The notes under the pieces are model-generated. The model searched no databases and had not been told where the DNA came from. It worked only from the letters and a program-made list of their open reading frames with translations. Both the position numbers and the translations under genes were made by a program. A stretch of DNA of 64,000 nucleotides from Candidatus Latescibacterota bacterium. Its GTDB lineage: Bacteria > Latescibacterota > UBA2968 > UBA8231. Where the stretch lies: contig OZ253462.1 of assembly GCA_965261395.1 (NCBI GenBank), forward strand, positions 2,496,001 through 2,560,000, in the 5' to 3' direction. Below are positions 1-8,941 of the stretch, one piece after another. Position 1 is the stretch's first letter; every line of letters starts with the position of its first letter.

Positions 1-1
1 A

Positions 2-55
2 ACCACCGACAAGGGCCTCTCAGCAGCCGCGGGCACCGTAGCTGTGGCCTACTGA
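2..55 (+). CDS. 3' end of a FlgD/CHU_C-tail secreted protein (partial, runs off window)
   Basis: Frame from nt 2 reads TTDKGLSAAAGTVAVAY*, matching the C-termini of paralogs at 25214 (SGLVNVAY*), 31025 (TGTVGVAH*) and 35637 (ARLVHVAY*); it precedes the same partner family. Confidence 0.7.
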   Translation, partial: TTDKGLSAAAGTVAVAY

Positions 56-62
56 GTGAGCA

Positions 63-2675
63 ATGGCAGGAACTGCGAAACATATCTGCAAAGCCGCCCT
101 CCTTTTGTGGGCTATTAGCGACGGTCCGGTCGCGGCCCAAATCGGGCTACAATCGCTGGCTTCCCCAGGCATGGAAGCCCTCGATCCAGCGGTGCGCCGC
201 TGGTACATACCCCAAGAGTTGGTCGCCGAACACCAGTGGCGGCAGTGGAGCGCCACCAACTACGCACGCGCTCCCTATCAGCGGTATGTCAGTGCCAGCC
301 TCGAGGGGGATTACTTCTACGACTCCTTTGGCAACTTCCTCAATCAGGGCTGGCTGATCTACAACGTATCCCAGTCCAATCCCGAGGAATTCGGCACCGT
401 ATTGTTCGAGGCCCAGCGCTTCCGCAACTGGTTTTCCGAGGTCGCTGTGGCCTCCGAGCACAAAGGGCAATACGCGTACGCGCTGACCATCAGCAGCGAC
501 CTGCGCACCACCCTGACGCCCATGGTGCTGTCCAAACCGCGCCTCGACGGCGTGCAGTTCGACTTTGCCATGGACAAGTACCGGGGCACGTTCCTCTACG
601 CCCAAGCCAGTGCCCCGCGCGGCGTCACCGATCAAGAGCTGCGCCGCACCAATTCCACCACCTTGATCGGGGGACGCTTTGAGGTGCAAATCGGCGATTT
701 CGTCGAACTCGGCGTCCACAGCGCCAACGCCCACCAAGCCAATTCGCTCTCGGAAGAGGCTCTGTTGAGCAACTGGGTAACCGGGTCGCTGACCCAAGGC
801 CAGAACCGCACCATCTCGCGCATCGAAATCGCGCTGCGGGACGACTCGCCCGACGACGGCGTGGGCGGCGCGGCGTATTTTCCAGCCGGCTCAGACATCT
901 TCATCACCTATCGGGATGGCCGCGTGGATTCGGGCCGCGAGATCCGCTTTGAACCTGTGGTAGAGGGCGGCGCGCCTAGGCCGGGCTTTATCGAGGCCAA
1001 CGGCAACGACGAGATCCGCCTGCGCTACGACTTCGACAGCGCGAGCTTCATCAATCGGGCCGCAGCCGACAAAACCGAGATCGTCAAAGTGGAATTCCGG
1101 CTAGTGGTAGCCAACGATTATCAGGTCTGGATAACCTCGGACCAGCAGACCAGCGCTGGCCAGCCTGTGTTCCTGCTGGCGACGCAAGCGCAGGGCAACA
1201 TCAAGGACTTGTCCAACTTGCGCGTCATCAGCTTTGAGGCCGGGCTACCGACGGCAACCCACATCCTCGGCGGTACGGTGAGGGCCAGCGACGTGATGGG
1301 CTTTGACCTGTACGGCGAGTACGACATCAATTGGAACTACCGCAAATATCCCAACATCCTCGTCGAAGAACACCAGACCTCCGCCGGCATTGTCGGCGCG
1401 CGCAACGCACCGGCCTATATGCTCAATCTGTCCCGCCAGTGGCCCCGCTTCTTCATCTATGGCGAAGCCTATTACATGGACCCGCGCTACAACACCCAAA
1501 CTTTCGTCACCCGAGACGACGGCAGCATCGACTACCAAAGCGATCGCAGCCTCATGGATCTGGTGGAAGACAACGACGATCAAGACCGGGTGCCGGACAC
1601 CTTTCGCGCCGACTGGGCCTTCCCCGACCGCCAAGTCTTTCCGGGCTGGGACCAAAACAACGACTTCGTGCCCGACATCAACCAAAACGACAGCCGCGTG
1701 CGCACCAATTCGATCCCGGACTACGAAGAGCCTTTCCTGCGCTTTGCAGTAGATCGGCCCGAATTCCTCTTCGGCGTTGACATGAACAACAACTTCTGGA
1801 CCGACCAATATGAAAATGACCAAGAGCCGGATTACCCCTACAAGCGCGACCACCAAGGCTACAACGCGTACGTCGGCACCTACTTGGCCCCGCAGCTAAA
1901 GATCATCGCCGGCCTCCTGCGCGAGGCCCGCATCTCCTCAAACCAGAAAAACCACAGCGCGTACGCCCTCCTGCGGCTCGACCGGAGCTGGGCGCGCTAC
2001 GGCGATTTGCGCCTCTTCGGCATGACCAAGCGCGTGGAGGACGACATCGCCGACCCACTCTTGCAGTGGGCGCCCGACAACACGCTGCGCCTCGGCACGT
2101 TGACCGAGATTGACGATCCGCTGCTGGCCCGCGACACTTGGATCAACCAGCTCTTCCTCGGCCACAATGTGCGCGCCTTTTCGCTGAACCTACAGAGCAA
2201 GGTCAACTGGGTGGTCTTTCACCAGCTCATAGACGCCGAGCGTCGGCAGCGCTGGGGCCTAGCCGAGACGGATTTCTTCTTCGGGATGATCAACAAGGCC
2301 CACTATCGCCATGTGCTCGGCCCCCTCTATTTAGAGCCGCGCTGGAAGAGCGAGTTTATCAAGCAGAGCCGCGACCTGTTCACGGACGAGCGCCGGACGA
2401 CCCTAGCGGAACTCTTTTCGCTATTGGCGGGCACCGATGTCCTAGAAATCACTAAGCTACAAGCGGGCTTAGAGTACTTGATCTTCGACGATTTCGATGC
2501 GGACGCCAACGATTTCACGGCGCTGACTTGGGGCATTCAGTTCCAGAACGAATCGGCTTATCAAGGCTACAAGCTGCAGACCGTGATCGGGCTGGTGCTA
2601 GAGCGCAAGAACTTCAAAGACGCCCCATCGCGCACCGAGACCCAATCCTTCATCGCCATTTACGCGGGGATTTGA
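63..2675 (+). CDS. Uncharacterised large exported, probable outer-membrane protein (870 aa), paralog A
   Basis: Signal peptide; blocks DPAVRRWYIPQEL, VEDNDDQDRVPD, PDYEEPFLRF..DRPEFLFG, YPYKRD, YQGYKL and terminal IYAGI are shared with the ORFs at 28371 and 32908. Confidence 0.85.
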   Translation: MAGTAKHICKAALLLWAISDGPVAAQIGLQSLASPGMEALDPAVRRWYIPQELVAEHQWRQWSATNYARAPYQRYVSASLEGDYFYDSFGNFLNQGWLIYNVSQSNPEEFGTVLFEAQRFRNWFSEVAVASEHKGQYAYALTISSDLRTTLTPMVLSKPRLDGVQFDFAMDKYRGTFLYAQASAPRGVTDQELRRTNSTTLIGGRFEVQIGDFVELGVHSANAHQANSLSEEALLSNWVTGSLTQGQNRTISRIEIALRDDSPDDGVGGAAYFPAGSDIFITYRDGRVDSGREIRFEPVVEGGAPRPGFIEANGNDEIRLRYDFDSASFINRAAADKTEIVKVEFRLVVANDYQVWITSDQQTSAGQPVFLLATQAQGNIKDLSNLRVISFEAGLPTATHILGGTVRASDVMGFDLYGEYDINWNYRKYPNILVEEHQTSAGIVGARNAPAYMLNLSRQWPRFFIYGEAYYMDPRYNTQTFVTRDDGSIDYQSDRSLMDLVEDNDDQDRVPDTFRADWAFPDRQVFPGWDQNNDFVPDINQNDSRVRTNSIPDYEEPFLRFAVDRPEFLFGVDMNNNFWTDQYENDQEPDYPYKRDHQGYNAYVGTYLAPQLKIIAGLLREARISSNQKNHSAYALLRLDRSWARYGDLRLFGMTKRVEDDIADPLLQWAPDNTLRLGTLTEIDDPLLARDTWINQLFLGHNVRAFSLNLQSKVNWVVFHQLIDAERRQRWGLAETDFFFGMINKAHYRHVLGPLYLEPRWKSEFIKQSRDLFTDERRTTLAELFSLLAGTDVLEITKLQAGLEYLIFDDFDADANDFTALTWGIQFQNESAYQGYKLQTVIGLVLERKNFKDAPSRTETQSFIAIYAGI

Positions 2676-2676
2676 C

Positions 2677-2706
2677 TTGACGTACGCTTTTGCTGGCATG
2701 TATATT
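2677..2706 (+). promoter_or_regulatory. Candidate sigma70 promoter for the 2801 gene
   Basis: TTGACG-18 bp-TATATT; SD GGAGG before ATG 2801. Confidence 0.45.
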
Positions 2707-2800
2707 GAATTTTTATTTTTTGCGGAACTGAGAAGACGGCCGAGTTACCGCATCTTCTCTTTTCTTTATTTCACCCCTATCTAGTGGAGGTAGCTTCACC

Positions 2801-3694
2801 ATGAAAAAGATTCTCACCATCGCCTTTGCCTCGTTGGGCCTTGTGGTTGCCGCCCAAGCCCACGACCCGCCTGGCGGTCTGTTGGTCGCCGTGAACTTTC
2901 CCGATGCCAACGTGCCCGTCATTGATGGCAACGCCGGCGAGTGGGCCCCCGTGCCCCTCGACCAGTACGGGATTTTCAGCGAGTCCTTGTATTCGATTCA
3001 CGGTTTTGCCGGCGAGAACGTCGAGCAAGGCGGGCTGGACGCCAGCTCGATGCAGATCCGCCACATCGTCGGCTGGAACGACGCGACCAACAACGTGTAC
3101 CTCACCAGCCGCGTCTTCGACAACATTCACGTCACTCAGCGTCAAGACCCGGGCAAGTTCTTCTGGGACGACAGCGTCGAGTACGAGATCAACGCTTCGC
3201 ATCAGGCCCGAGAGGACCTGAATCCCGGTGACGATGCGACCAGCTTCAGCTACAAGTTCGCCTTCCCGGTTTTTCAGGAGACCTTCGAGTGGTATCGGCC
3301 GATCGTCAACCTGCCGTGGATGACCAGCGGCTCGCAGTGGGTCGAGATCGCCCACAGCTTCACGGGCGACGAGTTCGGCGAGAGCACCTACGACTACGAG
3401 GCGCGCTTCCTGCCGATCGAGCGGATGCCGCGCTCGGATGAGGCCACCGAGGATCAGGTCGAAATTCACGACCTGACCGAGGGTGGGGTCATTCACATCA
3501 CCCTGACGGTCAACGACGTCGATGGCGGCGAAGGCGAAGGCGACAACCGCATCGGCATGTGGAGCACCAATCCCACTTCGTGCTGCCACGCCGGCCAGGA
3601 CTTGCTGCTGACCCCGGCCGATCCCAACATCGACTGGGGCGCTGCCACGGCCGTCGAGTCGAGCAGCTGGGGCCGGATCAAGTCCCAGTTCTAG
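2801..3694 (+). CDS. Secreted CBM9/DOMON-like (sugar-binding-like) protein with C-terminal AVESSSWGRIK tag
   Basis: Signal peptide (AQA/HDP); PVIDGNAGEW and DDSVEYEI resemble CBM9-like motifs; C-terminus TAVESSSWGRIKSQF. Confidence 0.7.
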   Translation: MKKILTIAFASLGLVVAAQAHDPPGGLLVAVNFPDANVPVIDGNAGEWAPVPLDQYGIFSESLYSIHGFAGENVEQGGLDASSMQIRHIVGWNDATNNVYLTSRVFDNIHVTQRQDPGKFFWDDSVEYEINASHQAREDLNPGDDATSFSYKFAFPVFQETFEWYRPIVNLPWMTSGSQWVEIAHSFTGDEFGESTYDYEARFLPIERMPRSDEATEDQVEIHDLTEGGVIHITLTVNDVDGGEGEGDNRIGMWSTNPTSCCHAGQDLLLTPADPNIDWGAATAVESSSWGRIKSQF

Positions 3695-3720
3695 GCAGTT
3701 TTATTTTTATCGCAGTACCA

Positions 3721-3759
3721 TTCCGGGCAGGTCTCGCCTAGATGCGGGGCCTGCCCGAA
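3721..3759 (+). terminator. GC-rich hairpin after the 2801 gene (terminator or mRNA stabiliser)
   Basis: CGGGCAGGTCTCGC-ctagat-GCGGGGCCTGCCCG followed by AATACTTTT. Confidence 0.55.
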
Positions 3760-3776
3760 TACTTTTAGGAGGCTAT

Positions 3777-4643
3777 ATGCTCACCGAGGAACAGGTTGAT
3801 TTTTACCGCGAAAACGGCTATCTCGTCGTCGAGAATGTGTTGCGTTCAGACGAGCTGGAGGAGGCGCACGCTATTGTCGATGACTTCGTCGAGCAGTCGC
3901 GGCTCGTCTCCGAGCAGAGCGGGCACTTCGACCTAGAGCCAGGTCACACCCCTGAAAATCCCAAGGTGCGCCGCTTGAGTGCACCGGCGAGTTATCACCC
4001 CTTCTTCGATGGATTGATGCGCGACAGCCGCATCCTAGACCTTTTGACGCCCCTGATCGGCAGTGCCATTCGCGCCCAAGGCGACAAGCTCAACATGAAG
4101 CCGGCCGACGGCGGCAGCCCGGTCGAGTGGCACCAAGACTTTGCCCATTATCCGCACACCAACGACGATTTATGCGCCGTGGGCATTGCCCTAGACGACG
4201 CCACAGAAGAAAATGGCTGCATGATGGTAGTGCCCGACTCTCACCGGGGACCGATCCTCGATCACCACCAAGATGGCTACTTCATTGGGGCCATCAGCCC
4301 GGAGCGCGACGAGATTGACCTCTCGTCGGCCGTGCCCTTAGCGATGAAAGTCGGTTCGCTTTCCATCCACCACAGCCGCACTTTGCACGGCTCGGCGCTC
4401 AACCGCTCGGGTATGTCCCGACGACTCTTGCTGTATCAGTACGCGGCCGTCGATGCTTGGCCCTTGGGCGGAGTGGGTAACTGGGATGCCTTTAATGCCA
4501 ACATTCTGCGCGGCGCACCCACCTACGATTTTCGCCTCGTATCGCTGACGGCTCGCACGCGCCTACCCGTCGGGCAACGCAGAGGCGGCGGCATCTACGA
4601 GCTACAACAGCCGCTGCGCGAAAAACTATTCGCCGCTAGCTAG
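3777..4643 (+). CDS. Phytanoyl-CoA dioxygenase (PhyH) family Fe(II)/2OG dioxygenase
   Basis: LTEEQVDFYRENGYLVVENV, WHQD, ALDDATEENGCM, HGSALNRS..RR. Confidence 0.92.
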   Translation: MLTEEQVDFYRENGYLVVENVLRSDELEEAHAIVDDFVEQSRLVSEQSGHFDLEPGHTPENPKVRRLSAPASYHPFFDGLMRDSRILDLLTPLIGSAIRAQGDKLNMKPADGGSPVEWHQDFAHYPHTNDDLCAVGIALDDATEENGCMMVVPDSHRGPILDHHQDGYFIGAISPERDEIDLSSAVPLAMKVGSLSIHHSRTLHGSALNRSGMSRRLLLYQYAAVDAWPLGGVGNWDAFNANILRGAPTYDFRLVSLTARTRLPVGQRRGGGIYELQQPLREKLFAAS

Positions 4644-4651
4644 GGGCTGCA

Positions 4652-5941
4652 TTGCCCGTACTCCGCATCGGGATCATTGCCGCGCTGGCCGCCGGGGCAC
4701 TCTGGGCCGTCCTCTCCATTCACTGGTACCCGGCCGAAGAGGTGCTGACCATGTGGGTCTATGGCTCGCCGCAAGAGGCCGAGCTGTACCGCAAGATCGC
4801 CGCCGAGTATCGCCAGCAGCACCCGGAAGTTCGCCTGCGTTTAGAGGTGGTGCCCGGCCGTAGCGTTGTGCAAAAGCTGCTGACGGGCATGGACGCCGGG
4901 CACGCGCCGGACATCTGCGTAGTGCACTGGCGGCAGATGTCCCAAGTAGCCAGCACCGGGCAGCTTCTGCCGCTGGATGACTTGGTGCGGCGCGACCAGA
5001 TCGACACCGACGATTACTATCCGGTGGGCCTGCAAGGATACACCTACCACGACACTCTCTACGGCCTCCCCGTCAAGGGCAGCACCATCACCTGCTTTTA
5101 CAACAAGGACCTCTTCGACCGCTACGGCGTCAGCTATCCCACCGACGACTGGACGCTCGACGACCTCCTAGCCAAGGCCAAGGCCCTGACCATCGACGAA
5201 GACCAAGACGGCCTGCCAGACATCTACGGCTGCACCCCGTACGACATCGCCAGCTACGTATGGAGCATGGGCGGGGATTTCCTGCGCTGGGAAAACGGGC
5301 GCTACGTTTCCAACCTCGACGATCCGCGAGTCGCCCAAGCAGTGCAGTTCTATGTCGATCTCTACTTCAAGTACAAGGTCAGCCCGCCCCGGCCCGGAGT
5401 GCGCAACGACAACGCCATGAGCACCTTCACGTTTGAGGCCGGGCGGATCGCCATCGGCATCATGGGGCCGTGGATGCTGCCGACCTTCCAGCTTTTGGAC
5501 CGCTTCGAGTGGGACACGGCGCTCTTTCCCAAGGGACCAGCCGGCCGACAGACGCGCTACGCCAGCGTTGGTTTTACGATCTGGAAGGGCACGCGCGAGC
5601 CAGAAGTCGCCTGGGACGTGCTCAAGCACATGGTCTCAGCCGAGGCGACGACCAAGATGGCCAAGCTCGGCAGCGACCTACCGCCGCAACGCTCGGTGGC
5701 CCGCAGTACCTATCCGCGGGCGTCAACGCCCTACGAGGAGGAGGTCTTCGTGCGCTCGATGGACTACAAGGTCCGGCTCTTTCCCCAGGAACTGTGGTGG
5801 GAGGACCTCTACCGCCGGATGCTCGACGAACTCGACGCAGCCCTCACCGGCCGCGAGAGTGTGGCCGAAGCCCTCGCCGAGGCCCATCAAGTGACCAACG
5901 CGTACCTCCAGAGTATATACGCTGAAGAAATTCCTCGATGA
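4652..5941 (+). CDS. Carbohydrate ABC transporter substrate-binding protein
   Basis: APDI, GQLLPLDDL, YGLP..., FYNKDLFD, FEAGRIAI..GPW; TTG start, N-terminal hydrophobic segment. Confidence 0.9.
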   Translation: MPVLRIGIIAALAAGALWAVLSIHWYPAEEVLTMWVYGSPQEAELYRKIAAEYRQQHPEVRLRLEVVPGRSVVQKLLTGMDAGHAPDICVVHWRQMSQVASTGQLLPLDDLVRRDQIDTDDYYPVGLQGYTYHDTLYGLPVKGSTITCFYNKDLFDRYGVSYPTDDWTLDDLLAKAKALTIDEDQDGLPDIYGCTPYDIASYVWSMGGDFLRWENGRYVSNLDDPRVAQAVQFYVDLYFKYKVSPPRPGVRNDNAMSTFTFEAGRIAIGIMGPWMLPTFQLLDRFEWDTALFPKGPAGRQTRYASVGFTIWKGTREPEVAWDVLKHMVSAEATTKMAKLGSDLPPQRSVARSTYPRASTPYEEEVFVRSMDYKVRLFPQELWWEDLYRRMLDELDAALTGRESVAEALAEAHQVTNAYLQSIYAEEIPR

Positions 5942-6882
5942 AGAACCAAAACAAAGCCGCGTTCTTCTTTCTGCTGCCCAATTTCGTCGGCTTTCTCATC
6001 TTTGCGCTCGGGCCGGTCATAGTGGCTGCGGGCATGGGCTTCTACCGCTATCAGCTCGCCTCGGGCGTACCCGCCTTCATCGGGCTGGATAACTTTGCGG
6101 ATCTGGTGCTCTTCAAAAAGGTCGACGGCGAGTGGGTGGCGCGCGACCCATACTTTTGGAAGTACCTCGGCAACACGCTCTTTTTGATGCTCAATATCCC
6201 GCTTTCCATGGTCGGCTCCCTGCTCTTGGCTGTGCTGTTAAACAAAGAACTGCCCGGCCGCATCTTCTTCCGCACCCTATTCTTTATTCCACACCTGTGT
6301 ACGGGCATCGCCATCTATATGGTCTGGAAGATGCTCCTGACCTACGAGCCCAACGTCGGCATCGTCAACGGGCTTTTGTGGCAGGTCTTTGGGGTGTTGG
6401 GGATTGCGCCCGAGCAGGCCGCCGCGCTCCTGCCGGGGTGGCTAATCGACGCGACTTGGGCCAAGCCCGCGTTGATCATCATGTTTATCTGGGCCAGCGT
6501 CGGCGGCTACAACATGGTTCTCTACTTGGCCGGCTTGCAAAACATCCCGCCCGAACTCTACGAGGCCGCTGAAATGGACGGAGCGGGCTGGTGGGCACAA
6601 CTGGTCCACATCATCGTGCCGCAGCTAGCGCCCACGACGTTTTTCATCCTCGTCACCAGCGTAATCGGTGGTCTGCAAGGCGGCTTTGAGGCCGCCTACG
6701 TAATGACCGGGGGCGGCCCCGAGGGATCGACGACCACCATGAGCTACTACATCTACACCCAGGCGTACGAGCAGCTAGAAGTAGGGTACGCAGCGGCGAT
6801 TTCAATGGTGCTCTTCGCGCTGATTTTCGCGGCGACCTTGCTCAACTGGCGCTACGGCGGCAAGCGGTTGGAGGCTGTCTAA
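5938..6882 (+). CDS. Carbohydrate ABC transporter permease (MalF-like)
   Basis: FIGLDNF; EAA loop LAGLQNIPPELYEAAEMDGA. Confidence 0.93.
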   Translation: MKNQNKAAFFFLLPNFVGFLIFALGPVIVAAGMGFYRYQLASGVPAFIGLDNFADLVLFKKVDGEWVARDPYFWKYLGNTLFLMLNIPLSMVGSLLLAVLLNKELPGRIFFRTLFFIPHLCTGIAIYMVWKMLLTYEPNVGIVNGLLWQVFGVLGIAPEQAAALLPGWLIDATWAKPALIIMFIWASVGGYNMVLYLAGLQNIPPELYEAAEMDGAGWWAQLVHIIVPQLAPTTFFILVTSVIGGLQGGFEAAYVMTGGGPEGSTTTMSYYIYTQAYEQLEVGYAAAISMVLFALIFAATLLNWRYGGKRLEAV

Positions 6883-7784
6883 TGGTGCGCTGGCGTCAGT
6901 ACCAATCAACCGTCTTGATCTATGCGATCTTGCTACTCGTGCTCAGCGGCATGGTGGTGCCGCTAGTGTGGACCCTGCTCACTTCCTTCAAATACAACGT
7001 CGATGTGACGCTCGGGTGGATTCCGCCGCGCTGGACAACGGACAACTACGCTGGCGTGTTCCACGCCTTTTCCTTCCTCCGCTACTACGCCAACTCGCTA
7101 GTCATCGCCACCGCAGTTACCGTGGTCCAAGTTGCCACTAGCGTGCTGGCCGCTTACGCCTTTGCCCGCTTGCAGTTCCGCGGCCGCGACGTGCTCTTTC
7201 TCGGTTACTTATCGACGATGATGATTCCGGCCGACGTGCTGATGATCCCGCAATTCGTGCTGATGAAGAAGATTCCCGAATTGCTGAACGCGGTGTTATC
7301 AACGGATTTTTTTAGCGGTTTCCTCTACTTAGGGAGTCACTATATCGGCCATCCAGTGGGGCTGGACAGTTTCTTCGCACTGATCGTACCGGGGTGCTTT
7401 AGTGCCTATGGGACGTTCATGCTGCGGCAGTTTTTGCTGGGCATTTCGCGCGAGATCGAGGAGGCGGCGCTCATCGACGGGTGTTCGGCGTGGGGCGTGT
7501 TTTGGCACGTGGTGGTGCCGCTGTCTAAGCCGGCGCTGGGGGCCTTGGCGATCTTTACCTTCCTCGGGCGTTGGCGGGCCTTTCTCTGGCCGCTGATTAT
7601 GACGGATTCGGATTCGCTGATGGTGTTGCCAGTGGGATTGGCCAAGCTGTCGGATCTCTATGTCAACGACTACGGACTGATTTGCGCGGGATCGGTGTTG
7701 ATGCTTTTGCCGATGATCGCGGTTTTCGTCTTTTTTCAGCGCTGGTTTATCAGCGGGATTCAGCTAGGGGCGGTGAAGGGGTAA
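6882..7784 (+). CDS. Carbohydrate ABC transporter permease (MalG-like)
   Basis: AAYAFARLQFRGR; EIEEAALIDG; FQRWFISGI..GAVKG. Confidence 0.93.
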   Translation: MVRWRQYQSTVLIYAILLLVLSGMVVPLVWTLLTSFKYNVDVTLGWIPPRWTTDNYAGVFHAFSFLRYYANSLVIATAVTVVQVATSVLAAYAFARLQFRGRDVLFLGYLSTMMIPADVLMIPQFVLMKKIPELLNAVLSTDFFSGFLYLGSHYIGHPVGLDSFFALIVPGCFSAYGTFMLRQFLLGISREIEEAALIDGCSAWGVFWHVVVPLSKPALGALAIFTFLGRWRAFLWPLIMTDSDSLMVLPVGLAKLSDLYVNDYGLICAGSVLMLLPMIAVFVFFQRWFISGIQLGAVKG

Positions 7785-7921
7785 CATATGAAGAGCCGCG
7801 TGTAGAAATGGGCAATAGTTTAGCCAAGATTGACGCAGTTATCGGATCGCTGTTGAGTTGCTGGCGCTCGGGCCAGTAGACGGTCCGTAGCGGCAGCCGC
7901 ACAGCAGCTAGATAGTTCCGT

Positions 7922-7950
7922 TTGATATTAATCACGTATCACGTTATCAT
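7922..7950 (+). promoter_or_regulatory. higBA sigma70 promoter, probably giving a leaderless mRNA
   Basis: TTGATA-17 bp-TATCAT ending 4 nt before ATG 7955; ATCACGT direct repeat in the spacer; no SD. Confidence 0.6.
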
Positions 7951-7954
7951 TTAT

Positions 7955-8233
7955 ATGATTGTATCCTTCAGGTGTTCTGACACGGAGACCCTCGCAAGTG
8001 GGCGGCGGATCGCGCGATTTTCAAACATCGCATCAAGGGCGCGACGCAAGCTTCGTCAATTACAGATCGCCGGAAGGCTTGAAGACCTGCGTATTCCGCC
8101 AGGTAATCACCTTGAAAAGCTCAAGGGAGATCGGGCCGGGCAGTACAGCATTCGCCTGAACGACCAGTTTCGGGTGTGCTTCCGCTGGTCGGCTGCTGGC
8201 GCGGAAGATGTCGAGATCGTCGATTACCATTAG
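7955..8233 (+). CDS. higB: HigB (RelE-family, killer-protein type) toxin
   Basis: MIVSF...DLRIPPGNHLEKLKGDRAGQYSIRLNDQFRVCFRW...VEIVDYH. Confidence 0.93.
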   Translation: MIVSFRCSDTETLASGRRIARFSNIASRARRKLRQLQIAGRLEDLRIPPGNHLEKLKGDRAGQYSIRLNDQFRVCFRWSAAGAEDVEIVDYH

Positions 8234-8246
8234 GAGCGAAGAGAAT

Positions 8247-8555
8247 ATGTCCAAGTTCAAACCTGTGACGCCCGGAGAATTGCTGCGAGAGGAGTTTTTG
8301 GTCCCCATGGAACTTTCGCAGTATCGCCTCGCCAAAGAAATCGGTGTTCCCGCCCAGCGAATCAGTGAGGTTGTAGCCGGTAAGCGGACCATTACGGCGG
8401 ATACGGACCTGCGCTTGTGTCGCTTTTTCGGCCTCTCCAAGGGCTACTGGCTAAGGGCGCAGATAGTTTACGACACCGAAGTGGCGGAAGAGACTCTCGC
8501 CGCTGATCTGGCGAGGATCAAGCCGTGGAAGGGACTGCAATCGGCCGCTGGCTAA
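8247..8555 (+). CDS. higA: HigA HTH antitoxin
   Basis: PVTPGELLREEFL..SQYRLAKEIGV..ITADTDLRLCRFFG..YWL; directly downstream of higB. Confidence 0.93.
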   Translation: MSKFKPVTPGELLREEFLVPMELSQYRLAKEIGVPAQRISEVVAGKRTITADTDLRLCRFFGLSKGYWLRAQIVYDTEVAEETLAADLARIKPWKGLQSAAG

Positions 8556-8710
8556 CCTGCCTAAAATAGCCGTCCTGAACTGCTCAGGGCTGAATCAGTG
8601 GTTAGAACCCCTTTCCGTCAGGAGATGCTGCCGCTCTATGAGCAAGCATGACTATCGGATCACCCTGCGTGCGGCAAAATCGGACAATAAAAATCGAGGA
8701 GTAAAAACAG

Positions 8711-8941
8711 ATGACTCAGCTTCTGCAAAAGGCTTTCGAGAGAGCCGCCAAACTCCCACAAGAGGAACAGGACAAATTTGCGCGCTTCCTCCTAGCCGAA
8801 CTTGAGTCGGAGCGGCGATGGGCCGAGCTGTTTAGCCGTTCCGAATCAGAGGATTTGCTGGAGCAGCTAGCCAATAAGGCCCTAGCAGAGCACCGGGCAG
8901 GACGGACTCAGCCCCTCGATATAGAAGGTTGGCCAGCATGA
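8711..8941 (+). CDS. Small putative antitoxin (orphan)
   Basis: MTQLLQKAF..LPQEEQD..WAELF..LANKALAEHRAGRTQPL resembles small antitoxins normally followed by a RelE/ParE-like gene; SD GAGGAG. Confidence 0.6.
   Translation: MTQLLQKAFERAAKLPQEEQDKFARFLLAELESERRWAELFSRSESEDLLEQLANKALAEHRAGRTQPLDIEGWPA

Noticed and set aside
2777-3589. 270-aa antisense ORF, and many similar long shadow ORFs (e.g. 17197-18108, 27236-28159, 29010-29951)
   Set aside because: They lie opposite well-supported genes, lack motifs, and are expected in high-GC DNA
4652-7784. Sugar ABC cluster lacks an ATPase gene
   Set aside because: Common; CUT1 transporters often share an MsmK/MalK-type ATPase encoded elsewhere
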